From the NCBI GenBank assembly GCA_050174575.1, contig JBFXJT010000007.1:6648-70647 (forward strand): DNA of 64,000 nt, in the 5' to 3' direction. Shown here piece by piece: positions 30,255 through 38,555 of the stretch. The first letter of the stretch is position 1; every line of letters starts with the position of its first letter. The position numbers were made by a program, and so were the translations under genes. The notes below the pieces were generated by a model. The model searched no databases, had not been told where the DNA came from, and worked only from the letters and a program-made list of their open reading frames with translations. Source of the stretch: Bacilli bacterium (GTDB lineage Bacteria; Bacillota_I; Bacilli_A; ML615J-28; CAG-698).

Positions 30255-31203
30255 CTAAAATTAAATTAGTTGGAACAAAAATGAATTCTTCCGATGTTTC
30301 ATGATTAATTCGTAATATCAGTTGATTAACAATGGCAACGGCAAGAGCTTCAATATCTTGTTTGACAACAGTAAATTTAGGATGTTGTAAAATCTCATCC
30401 ATGACTCCATCAAATGCAATGATTTTGATTTCTTCAGGAACTTTTTTTCCAAGTTGAGTAGCTATCTGAAAGCAAGTATTGGCAAAGGTATCACTTTGGG
30501 CAAAAATTCCGTCCAATGTTGGGTTCTCTTGCATAAATTGTTTTGCAACAACAAATTCTTCACCATGATATACATTCTTATAACAAGAAGTCGGAACCAT
30601 ATTATATTTTTGCATTACATCCAAATAAGCAAAGTAACGTTTTTGTGTTTCTGAAGGAGCAGTGGACATACCACCAATATAGCCAATGTGATGACACCCT
30701 TTTTGGACAAGATGCTCAATGGCTTTAAAAGTACTTTCATAATTATCACTTGTAACACAAGGAACGTTGTCGAGATGACGATCCAAAGTCACTATGTTTA
30801 GCCCTTTGAAATCAACATCCTGATATAAGTGATTGGTGATGAAAATAATCCCGTCGACTTGTCCTGTCTTAATCATATTCAATAAATGAACTTCTTTATC
30901 TCTTTTTCCTTGAGAACTGACAATAATCATTTTGAAACCTTTTTTATACAAGTAATCCTCAATGTAAAAAGCAATTTTACTAAAGAAAACGTGACTAATG
31001 GTTGGAACAAATAGGGCAACTAATCCAGATCTTTGTGCCTGTAGATTTCGCCCTAATTGATTAGGAATGTAATTGAGTGCTTTAATTGCATCTTCTATTT
31101 TTTTTCGCGATTCTTCAGATACATAACCGTTTTTATTAATGTATCGCGAAACAGTTCCCATGCCAACCCCAGCTCGTTTTGCAACTTCTTTCATTTGGGC
31201 CAA
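30241..31203 (-). CDS. LacI-family transcriptional regulator.
   Basis: N-terminal HTH MKEVAKRAGVGMGTVSRYIN and a periplasmic-binding-protein-like effector domain. Confidence 0.85.
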   Translation of the reverse strand: MAQMKEVAKRAGVGMGTVSRYINKNGYVSEESRKKIEDAIKALNYIPNQLGRNLQAQRSGLVALFVPTISHVFFSKIAFYIEDYLYKKGFKMIIVSSQGKRDKEVHLLNMIKTGQVDGIIFITNHLYQDVDFKGLNIVTLDRHLDNVPCVTSDNYESTFKAIEHLVQKGCHHIGYIGGMSTAPSETQKRYFAYLDVMQKYNMVPTSCYKNVYHGEEFVVAKQFMQENPTLDGIFAQSDTFANTCFQIATQLGKKVPEEIKIIAFDGVMDEILQHPKFTVVKQDIEALAVAIVNQLILRINHETSEEFIFVPTNLILGETT

Positions 31204-31290
31204 GGTAGTCGCCTCCTAACATGTTTTCATAAACTATATTATATCACTACGTACTACTATTTTTTAACCGTTTTTCGAAATATTGTAATG

Positions 31291-31339
31291 AAAGTAGTTC
31301 TTTCATGGATGATTAACATCATTTTGAAAGAACTACTTT
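31291..31339 (-). other. Long interrupted stem-loop between the CBM lipoprotein gene and lacI.
   Basis: Perfect 15-nt arms AAAGTAGTTCTTTCA / TGAAAGAACTACTTT, with a nested ATGAT-taac-ATCAT hairpin in the loop. Weak U-tract. Confidence 0.4.
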
Positions 31340-31353
31340 ATTATTAAACAACC

Positions 31354-34098
31354 TTATCCCATTTGATTAGTAATTGTTTGCCATGGAATATTGTGTGTTC
31401 GTTCGACAGTCCATTGATCGCTCGTATCTTTACTGTAAAGAGTTACGGTATCAAAGCCATTAGCAATATCTGGAGTAACTGCATAGTATGTTACAACTTC
31501 ATCAAAGAAGGCAACAGCCCAACCAGCTACTTCAATATCACAAAGTTCCAAATACAATTCCTGGCCTAAGTAAGCACTTAAATCAATAAAATATGTCCCC
31601 ATATCTGCCCATGATCCACCTAAATCTACACTTGGGAAATTGGTATCGCTAAAACGATTTTGTTTATATAAACCAATTTGTGTCCCGTCAGCTAAATAAA
31701 CTTTTACAGCTGCAGCATTAGCACCCATTTTTAAAGAAATAAAGCCTGTTCCGTGAAGAGTAAAATTGGTTGAGCGTAATGAATATTGCTCGCTTTCCGC
31801 AACACCTGAAGTCCATCCGTCAAAGTGATAATCACCGCTTTGGTTATATGGTAATTTTTCATTCCAATAATGTGTTTGACTTATAACAGCATTAACTGTA
31901 ACTTTTTCAGAAGTCCAACCAGTCATATCACCAGTTTCAAAACCTCCATTGATAATTAAACCATTATTGCCCATTTCCCATTCGATATTAACATCTGGTT
32001 CTTGGACACTGTCTTTTGTAGAACCAGCAACAGTATCAAAGCCATTTGCAACATCAGGAACAGTTGTATGATAGAAATTAATATCATCAAAGAAAGAAAC
32101 TGCCCAACCAGCTGTAGCTGGATCATCAATCAATTCAACATAAACTTTTTCGCCTAAATAAGCCGATAAGTCCGCAAAGTAACGTGTCATGGTCGCTAAA
32201 CGTCCACCATTAGCAAGGTATGGGAAATCAAAATCTTTGAAACGATAATTTGTGAAATAACCGATGACTGTTCCATCTTCTTTTACAACACGAACAGCGG
32301 CAGCTTTTCCACCCATCATGAAGGAAACCCAACCAGTACCAGATAATGTAAATAATCCAGAGCGTAAAGTATAACCAGCTGATTCCACGCTTGTTGCTGT
32401 CCAACCATCAAAATGGTAATTTCCTTGTTGGTTATAAGCAATCATTTCGCCCCAGAAAGTTTCTGCGCTTAAGGCACCATTAATTATATCGCCAAAAACA
32501 ACACTCCAACCAGTCATATCACCTGTTTCAAATCCACCGTTTGCGACATTGGTATCGGCAGAAACGACAACATTGAATGTGCTCGTAACTGTTTCGCTTT
32601 CATAAGTTGTCCCATAATGAACAACATATGTTCCTTCTTGATCAAAATCAAAAGCATCAAATCCTGTTGTAAACTCTGTTTCGCCTAAAACAACTTTTGT
32701 AATGACAGCTGGTACAGCCGTTTCGCCATAAGTTATCACGACATCAGCCATTAATGCTGTCAAGTTGTAATCATTTACCATCGCCGTTACAAAACCTTCT
32801 GCTTCAGTTTCAATCATTAAGGCAGGTAATTCAAATGGATAATCATAATTTGTATAGTATTCTTGTAAATGAGCTAGCGAATTATATGAATCGGTGTATG
32901 TTTCTGCCATAATTGCTTGGAAAGTAGATTTCATTAAAGCTTTTACTTCAACTTCCGTCATACTAACACGGAAATCATCAGCATTGATGAAAGCAAATCC
33001 GCTACTTGGATTGTTGTCCACAATCGAGATGTACAACACATCGCCAAGGTATTCGGATGCATCAACATAAACGCGACGTAATGTCAATGGTAATCCTGGA
33101 TCGTTAAATGTTGTATTAGTGACTTGGATTAATTCTGCATCTGTTGTTCCGTCATTAATAGAAATATAACAATTTGTTGGCCCAGAACCAATCATAAAGG
33201 AAATCCAACCATCACCGGCTAATGTGAATTTTGTAGAACGGATTGCTCCAACTGCTGATTCGGCAGTAGCTGCATTGTTATTTCCGTCTAAATAATAATC
33301 ACCTTCACCATAAACCATACGATCAGTCCAATAAAATTGTGATGTTGGAACGACAACTGTTCCACCAAATGCTGTACCGCTTAATTGTTTCCAACCAGTT
33401 AAATCACCTGTTTCAAACCCACCATTTGTAATCGTTGTTGATGTTGGGTCTTCTTCAAATTCTGGTTCTCCATAAGCTTCAATTTGGGCATCACGTTCTG
33501 CTTGCATAGCTGTAACTTCTGCTTCAGTCAAACAAACTACAAAATCATCTAAATTGACATAGCCATAATCATCGGTGTTATCACTGTCAGTTACTCTGAT
33601 ATAAATGATTTTATTCAAATGTGCTGATAAATCAACAACTCTTCTGATCATTTGATCAGTAATAAATGGTTCATCATAATCAGTATTCGTTATTTTTAAC
33701 AAAGCCGTGGCATTGTCTTTTTCAAAGAACTCAACAAAAATCTTATCTTGATTTTTTGCAGCTCCCATTTTAAAAGCAATTTTACCAGTTCCAGTTAATT
33801 TAAAGAAAGAAGATGTTAGTGTACCAACCATTTGTTGAGTACCACCATCCGTTCCACTGAACCAAAATTCTCCTGTTTTATCTACAGTAATTCCATTTAC
33901 TTTTAGATCATTAACGATACCGCGAGGACTAAAAGCCGTTTCTGTTTTTGTCCATCCCGTCCAAACTTCTGCTGTTCCAACTTCAAATCCACCGTTTGTA
34001 ATTTGGGTTGGATACTCTTCTTCTTTACCACATGCTGCTAACAATAATAAAGAGAGTGCTAGCATAAATACAAAGGTAAAACGCCATGTTTTTTTCAT
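31354..34098 (-). CDS. Surface lipoprotein built of four tandem CBM-like beta-sandwich modules (putative fructan-binding protein).
   Basis: Lipobox LLLAAC-G. Four approx 200-aa repeats each starting (I/V)xNGGFE(T/V)G(D/T)xTGW and ending Y(G/V)xxDD(F/I). The same module forms the N-terminal domain of the adjacent canonical GH32. Confidence 0.65.
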   Translation of the reverse strand: MKKTWRFTFVFMLALSLLLLAACGKEEEYPTQITNGGFEVGTAEVWTGWTKTETAFSPRGIVNDLKVNGITVDKTGEFWFSGTDGGTQQMVGTLTSSFFKLTGTGKIAFKMGAAKNQDKIFVEFFEKDNATALLKITNTDYDEPFITDQMIRRVVDLSAHLNKIIYIRVTDSDNTDDYGYVNLDDFVVCLTEAEVTAMQAERDAQIEAYGEPEFEEDPTSTTITNGGFETGDLTGWKQLSGTAFGGTVVVPTSQFYWTDRMVYGEGDYYLDGNNNAATAESAVGAIRSTKFTLAGDGWISFMIGSGPTNCYISINDGTTDAELIQVTNTTFNDPGLPLTLRRVYVDASEYLGDVLYISIVDNNPSSGFAFINADDFRVSMTEVEVKALMKSTFQAIMAETYTDSYNSLAHLQEYYTNYDYPFELPALMIETEAEGFVTAMVNDYNLTALMADVVITYGETAVPAVITKVVLGETEFTTGFDAFDFDQEGTYVVHYGTTYESETVTSTFNVVVSADTNVANGGFETGDMTGWSVVFGDIINGALSAETFWGEMIAYNQQGNYHFDGWTATSVESAGYTLRSGLFTLSGTGWVSFMMGGKAAAVRVVKEDGTVIGYFTNYRFKDFDFPYLANGGRLATMTRYFADLSAYLGEKVYVELIDDPATAGWAVSFFDDINFYHTTVPDVANGFDTVAGSTKDSVQEPDVNIEWEMGNNGLIINGGFETGDMTGWTSEKVTVNAVISQTHYWNEKLPYNQSGDYHFDGWTSGVAESEQYSLRSTNFTLHGTGFISLKMGANAAAVKVYLADGTQIGLYKQNRFSDTNFPSVDLGGSWADMGTYFIDLSAYLGQELYLELCDIEVAGWAVAFFDEVVTYYAVTPDIANGFDTVTLYSKDTSDQWTVERTHNIPWQTITNQMG

Positions 34099-34115
34099 TT
34101 TTTTCTCCTTTTCCT

Positions 34116-36164
34116 CTATTTTACAATAATGTCATATTTGCTTATTTGCTTTAATATAGAACTTCCCCCAACAGTGAAAAATTCAATACCAGTGTCATTT
34201 AAGCCTGGGTAAACATTTCCAGTCATCGTAATATAACCATCATTAATAAAGACTTCAACACTGGAAACGTCTAAAAAGATTCGTAATTTTAAAATCCCAT
34301 TATTTAAGGAAACGTCAGCACTCCTAGTTTGACGGTTGATTTCCGCACCACTGATTGTTTCACCTGAATTTCCTCGATCAAAGATAACTGTTTGTGAAAG
34401 AGCATCATAATAAACTAATGTTTCGTTTTCTGTTCCTTTAAACAGTTTCACCCCAACTTTAGATGCAGATCCAACTTCAATTTCAAGTTCCAGTTCAACC
34501 GTCTTACCAGAAATTTGTGGGAGGACTAAGTTTCCATTAATCGTTTTATTTTGATAACTGACTTCATTTTGACGATAATTTTCGATTTCTCTAACTGGGG
34601 CTTGATAAATATGGCCATCTTTATAGGTCAATTCTCTTGGCAAGGTATAAGCACCAACCCAGTTATGCGCTTGTGTGACTAAAGTACGATCCCACATTTG
34701 CATCCATGCTAGCATAATTGTTCGTCCATCAGGCGTTATCATCGTTTGAGCAGCATAGAAATCAAATCCACCGTCAAATTCTTGAAATTCATCATAATTG
34801 AATTTCCCCGTTTGATAATCAATTCCACCAACCATATAAACTACCGAGTGAATATTTTCAAATTTCGTCTTGTCTCTTGGTAAATTTTGTGGACTAACAA
34901 TTAAAATCTCTTGATTATTTAACTCAATAAAATCTGGGCATTCATAAACACCATTTAACTGTAAGAAATTTGGTGCTTGAGGATTGTTATTGTTCATGAC
35001 TTTGCCAACATAATCCCAACTAGTTAAATTGCTCGAACGATAAAGGACAACCATGCCATAGCCATTTGCTTTCGTACCGATCAAACAATAATAATATCCA
35101 TCATGATAAAACACTTTTGGATCACGAAAATCAGCTGTTGATACACCGATTGGTACCTCAATTGTAGAAATAACTGGATTACGGGTTAATTTTTCAAAAT
35201 TAATCCCATCTTCGGACACTGCTAGATTTTGTGTTTGTTGATTATTGGCTACGCCAGTATACATGAGGTATAATTTCCCATCTTTTTCAATAGCCGTCCC
35301 ACTAAAGCACCCAAAATCTTGATCATATTTTTGATCGGGAGCTAAAGCTACAGGCTGTAATTCCCACTTAACAAAATCCTTCGTTGTTTGATGCCCCCAA
35401 TGCATTGGGCCCCAACTGCTGGCATAAGGGTTAAATTGGTGAAACAAATGACCTTCACCATTAAACCAAATTAATCCGTTGGGATCATTACTCCATCCTA
35501 TTGGAGATGCAGCATGATAAGTATGACGGTAAGTTGGGTTTACAGTATTAAGATTTTCAAGAACATATTGATATGCATCGTGTACTTTTCCCACTTGATC
35601 TTCAACTCCTTGATAATTAACGATAAAATCGTCAACATTGATGTAATTATAGTTATCGGTATTATTATCATTATCAATAATTTTTATTTGAACTGTTTTT
35701 CCAATATGACTACTTCCATCCAATATGACCCGATGGAGAGTATTTGGACTGCTTTCATCAAAATTTAAATTAGCGCGTGTTGCTAATTCATTCCCTCTTG
35801 AGTCAATTAAAGAAACATAACATAAGTCGACATTTGCTCCACCGCTAATCAAAAATCCGATTTTTCCATTCCCTTTTAATTGAAATTTTTCACTTAACAT
35901 AAAACCGGTTTTACTTAAGCCTGCTTTTTTACCATAAAAGAGAAATTCTCCCGTTTGGTTAAAGCGATTGCCATTTTCATCTTTGTCATTAAGAACAACA
36001 CCAGCATCAGTAAAAGCATCACCGTCTTCTTCCCAGTTTTTTAAGGTACCACTTTCAAAACTAGCGTTTAAAAAGGAATATTCGCCATCCACAGTTTGAT
36101 TACATCCTCCTAATATCATGATGAAAGAAAGAAGGATAGCAATCAAAAGCCATTTATTCTTCAT
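34116..36164 (-). CDS. Extracellular GH32 beta-fructofuranosidase/fructanase lipoprotein with an N-terminal CBM-like module.
   Basis: Lipobox ILGGC-N. Canonical GH32 catalytic motifs GWSNDPNG, FRDPKV, ECPDF. C-terminal GH32 beta-sandwich. Confidence 0.85.
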   Translation of the reverse strand: MKNKWLLIAILLSFIMILGGCNQTVDGEYSFLNASFESGTLKNWEEDGDAFTDAGVVLNDKDENGNRFNQTGEFLFYGKKAGLSKTGFMLSEKFQLKGNGKIGFLISGGANVDLCYVSLIDSRGNELATRANLNFDESSPNTLHRVILDGSSHIGKTVQIKIIDNDNNTDNYNYINVDDFIVNYQGVEDQVGKVHDAYQYVLENLNTVNPTYRHTYHAASPIGWSNDPNGLIWFNGEGHLFHQFNPYASSWGPMHWGHQTTKDFVKWELQPVALAPDQKYDQDFGCFSGTAIEKDGKLYLMYTGVANNQQTQNLAVSEDGINFEKLTRNPVISTIEVPIGVSTADFRDPKVFYHDGYYYCLIGTKANGYGMVVLYRSSNLTSWDYVGKVMNNNNPQAPNFLQLNGVYECPDFIELNNQEILIVSPQNLPRDKTKFENIHSVVYMVGGIDYQTGKFNYDEFQEFDGGFDFYAAQTMITPDGRTIMLAWMQMWDRTLVTQAHNWVGAYTLPRELTYKDGHIYQAPVREIENYRQNEVSYQNKTINGNLVLPQISGKTVELELEIEVGSASKVGVKLFKGTENETLVYYDALSQTVIFDRGNSGETISGAEINRQTRSADVSLNNGILKLRIFLDVSSVEVFINDGYITMTGNVYPGLNDTGIEFFTVGGSSILKQISKYDIIVK

Positions 36165-38544
36165 CCAGTGTTACCTCTTCATAAATTGATTTCATTGTTT
36201 TGACAGTCATTTGGTTTATGTTGACTTCACCATTTTCTGAAAACAAGAGTAACCCTAAAGATGAAGGATCGGGATAAATACGGGCAGAAATAGCTTTTTC
36301 ATTGTTGAAAAAAGCTTCAATTAAAGAACGGTCGAGGTAAATATCCATGACTAAAATATTATTATCTAAAACAAATGAGCCATAGAAATTTCCTGAAATG
36401 TTTTGGTTATCGCTTAATGCACCACTTAAACCTGTTTTTACTCCTAAGGTTTTTAATGTCTCATTAAAATAAAGCGTTGTTTCTTCTAACGTAGTGGCGT
36501 TCTTGCGAACTTTTATTCCAAACAAAGTAGCATTAATGTTTTCAAATTCTACGTGAATATAAAGCATGTCACCCTTTACATCAGTTAATAGGGTGTTGGC
36601 TTCACTGATGGACTTATTGCTCATTGTGACTAATGTCTCTTGGTAATAGTCTTCTAGTGCGGATACTGGGCGAATCATTAAATCCGTTCCGTCACTGTTT
36701 AAATAAACTTCTCTAGCCAGTCCAACACAGTTTGCCCACCCAGATAAATAGACATCCGATGGTTTCCTTTGATCCTGCATGATACTGAAAAGATAAGTTT
36801 TTTGGGAAACTGGATCAATAAAACCTGAAGGGCCAGTAAAAACATTATTACCATAATCAAGTAGTCTTGGAGTCGTCCCAAAAGCAGGATCGGGAATAAA
36901 ACGACCAGCAGTTTTATCGAAAGTACCAAGCCAATAATAAATATCATTATCGGCACTGTCAGCAGGAGCAGGACTAATAATCAACATATATTTTGTAATT
37001 GTTTTACTTTCGTTTGTTACGGGAAGCATAATCGGAAGTTCCCAAACAGGCCCTAAATCGGCAGGTTGATTGACTTGTTCGTACAATTGCCCTTTGTAGG
37101 TCCAATTATTAAACGAGTCATCCTTTGTTGTATAAAGTAAAGCTGTCCCACCAGTATTGATTTTGGTACTTGATGATCCAATTAGTAAAAACCAAGTATC
37201 TTCTTCTTGCCAAACATGGGCATCACGAAATTGTCCCGATGCTCCTTGACCAGCTACTTGTTTAATAGCTAATTCATCATCGATTACCCATTCTGTTAAG
37301 TAGGGATCGGTTGGATCTTTGGGCCTAGCAATACCAATGTTTTGATTGCTTATCAAACCATCTTTTTGATAAGAGTCATTTCCAGCAGTAAATAGTAAGA
37401 CGGGAATGCCTTCATTATCATAAGTTACACCACCGCTCCATACACCATCCGGACAAACGGAATCAGCTGTTGGGGTGATAACTTCTTTTAATGGACGCCA
37501 ATTAACCATATCATCACTGATTAAATGCCCCCATCCAATATTGCGAAAATAAGGGCCAAACATATTGAATTGGAAAAATAAGTGATAATACCCATTGTAA
37601 TACATTGGAGCATGAGGTTCATTCATCCAGTGTTGATAAGGACCACCATGATATTGTGTTTTATAAAAATCATCTGTCAGAATATTTTGTAACCAAATAT
37701 CCTCAAAAGCAATTTCCGGAACTGTCTTACTTTCGTAAACTTGCTTTACATCATTTGCTTGTAAACTGGCTTCATAGACTTTTAACTCATCAATCAATCC
37801 ACTTACCATATTTAAAGTTGCCGTAGCATTCGAACCTGGATAACTATTACGAGCAATGAGGAAGGGTTCGCCCGACGCTCCCATAATGGTTGCCCCTTCG
37901 AAAAAATAATCAATGTTGACTAATTCGCCATTTAAATATATGGCCATTTCGCCTTGATCACCATCGAAGGTTGCCACAATATGATTCCATTCATATTTTT
38001 TAAGGGGATTACCTTCATCCCATAAAGTTAACCATCGGTCACCAAGACCTACTTGAAAGCTCCAAGAACCATGGCGTTGATAGCCAAGAATAAATCCTTG
38101 GTTTTCACTTTTATTGTGTTGAGAAACAATCGCTGTTAATTTATCAGTTCCATTGTCTTTGGCATTGGGATCGTCCCACTCAAAGGCCCTTGGAGCAATC
38201 CAAACACTAATTGATAATTTTGAACCGCGAATTTTTAAATCTTCTTCTTGATAACGGATAAAATTAGAATATCCATCAAACAATAAGGAGCCATTATTGA
38301 TCCCTGTTGCGCGCCACTGTGGATCCTCAGGATTTTCCATAAAGCTAGGGTTTGTGAAAACATAAGCAACAGTCGCTGGAGCTTCGTTTTTCGAAGCATC
38401 ATTCACTTTGTTGCCCTGACCTTCATCAAAAGTTAAATGTAACAATAAATCTTTTGTATAAGGGTCGCTCTTTCCACATGCATATAAACTTGAAACAATG
38501 AATAATAGGAAAAAAATAGTCAATAGTTTTTTTGTTATCATCAT
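36154..38544 (-). CDS. Lipoprotein: LamG-like lectin domain plus divergent GH32-like beta-propeller plus GH32 C-terminal beta-sandwich.
   Basis: Lipobox LYAC-G. Motifs HWMNEPHA (replacing WMNDPNG), FRDAHVW (RDP-like), VWELP (replacing WECP). C-terminal DRSLIEAFFNN...ARIYP matches the GH32 C-terminal domain. Confidence 0.7.
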   Translation of the reverse strand: MMITKKLLTIFFLLFIVSSLYACGKSDPYTKDLLLHLTFDEGQGNKVNDASKNEAPATVAYVFTNPSFMENPEDPQWRATGINNGSLLFDGYSNFIRYQEEDLKIRGSKLSISVWIAPRAFEWDDPNAKDNGTDKLTAIVSQHNKSENQGFILGYQRHGSWSFQVGLGDRWLTLWDEGNPLKKYEWNHIVATFDGDQGEMAIYLNGELVNIDYFFEGATIMGASGEPFLIARNSYPGSNATATLNMVSGLIDELKVYEASLQANDVKQVYESKTVPEIAFEDIWLQNILTDDFYKTQYHGGPYQHWMNEPHAPMYYNGYYHLFFQFNMFGPYFRNIGWGHLISDDMVNWRPLKEVITPTADSVCPDGVWSGGVTYDNEGIPVLLFTAGNDSYQKDGLISNQNIGIARPKDPTDPYLTEWVIDDELAIKQVAGQGASGQFRDAHVWQEEDTWFLLIGSSSTKINTGGTALLYTTKDDSFNNWTYKGQLYEQVNQPADLGPVWELPIMLPVTNESKTITKYMLIISPAPADSADNDIYYWLGTFDKTAGRFIPDPAFGTTPRLLDYGNNVFTGPSGFIDPVSQKTYLFSIMQDQRKPSDVYLSGWANCVGLAREVYLNSDGTDLMIRPVSALEDYYQETLVTMSNKSISEANTLLTDVKGDMLYIHVEFENINATLFGIKVRKNATTLEETTLYFNETLKTLGVKTGLSGALSDNQNISGNFYGSFVLDNNILVMDIYLDRSLIEAFFNNEKAISARIYPDPSSLGLLLFSENGEVNINQMTVKTMKSIYEEVTLDEE

Positions 38545-38555
38545 CTTTTTCCCTC

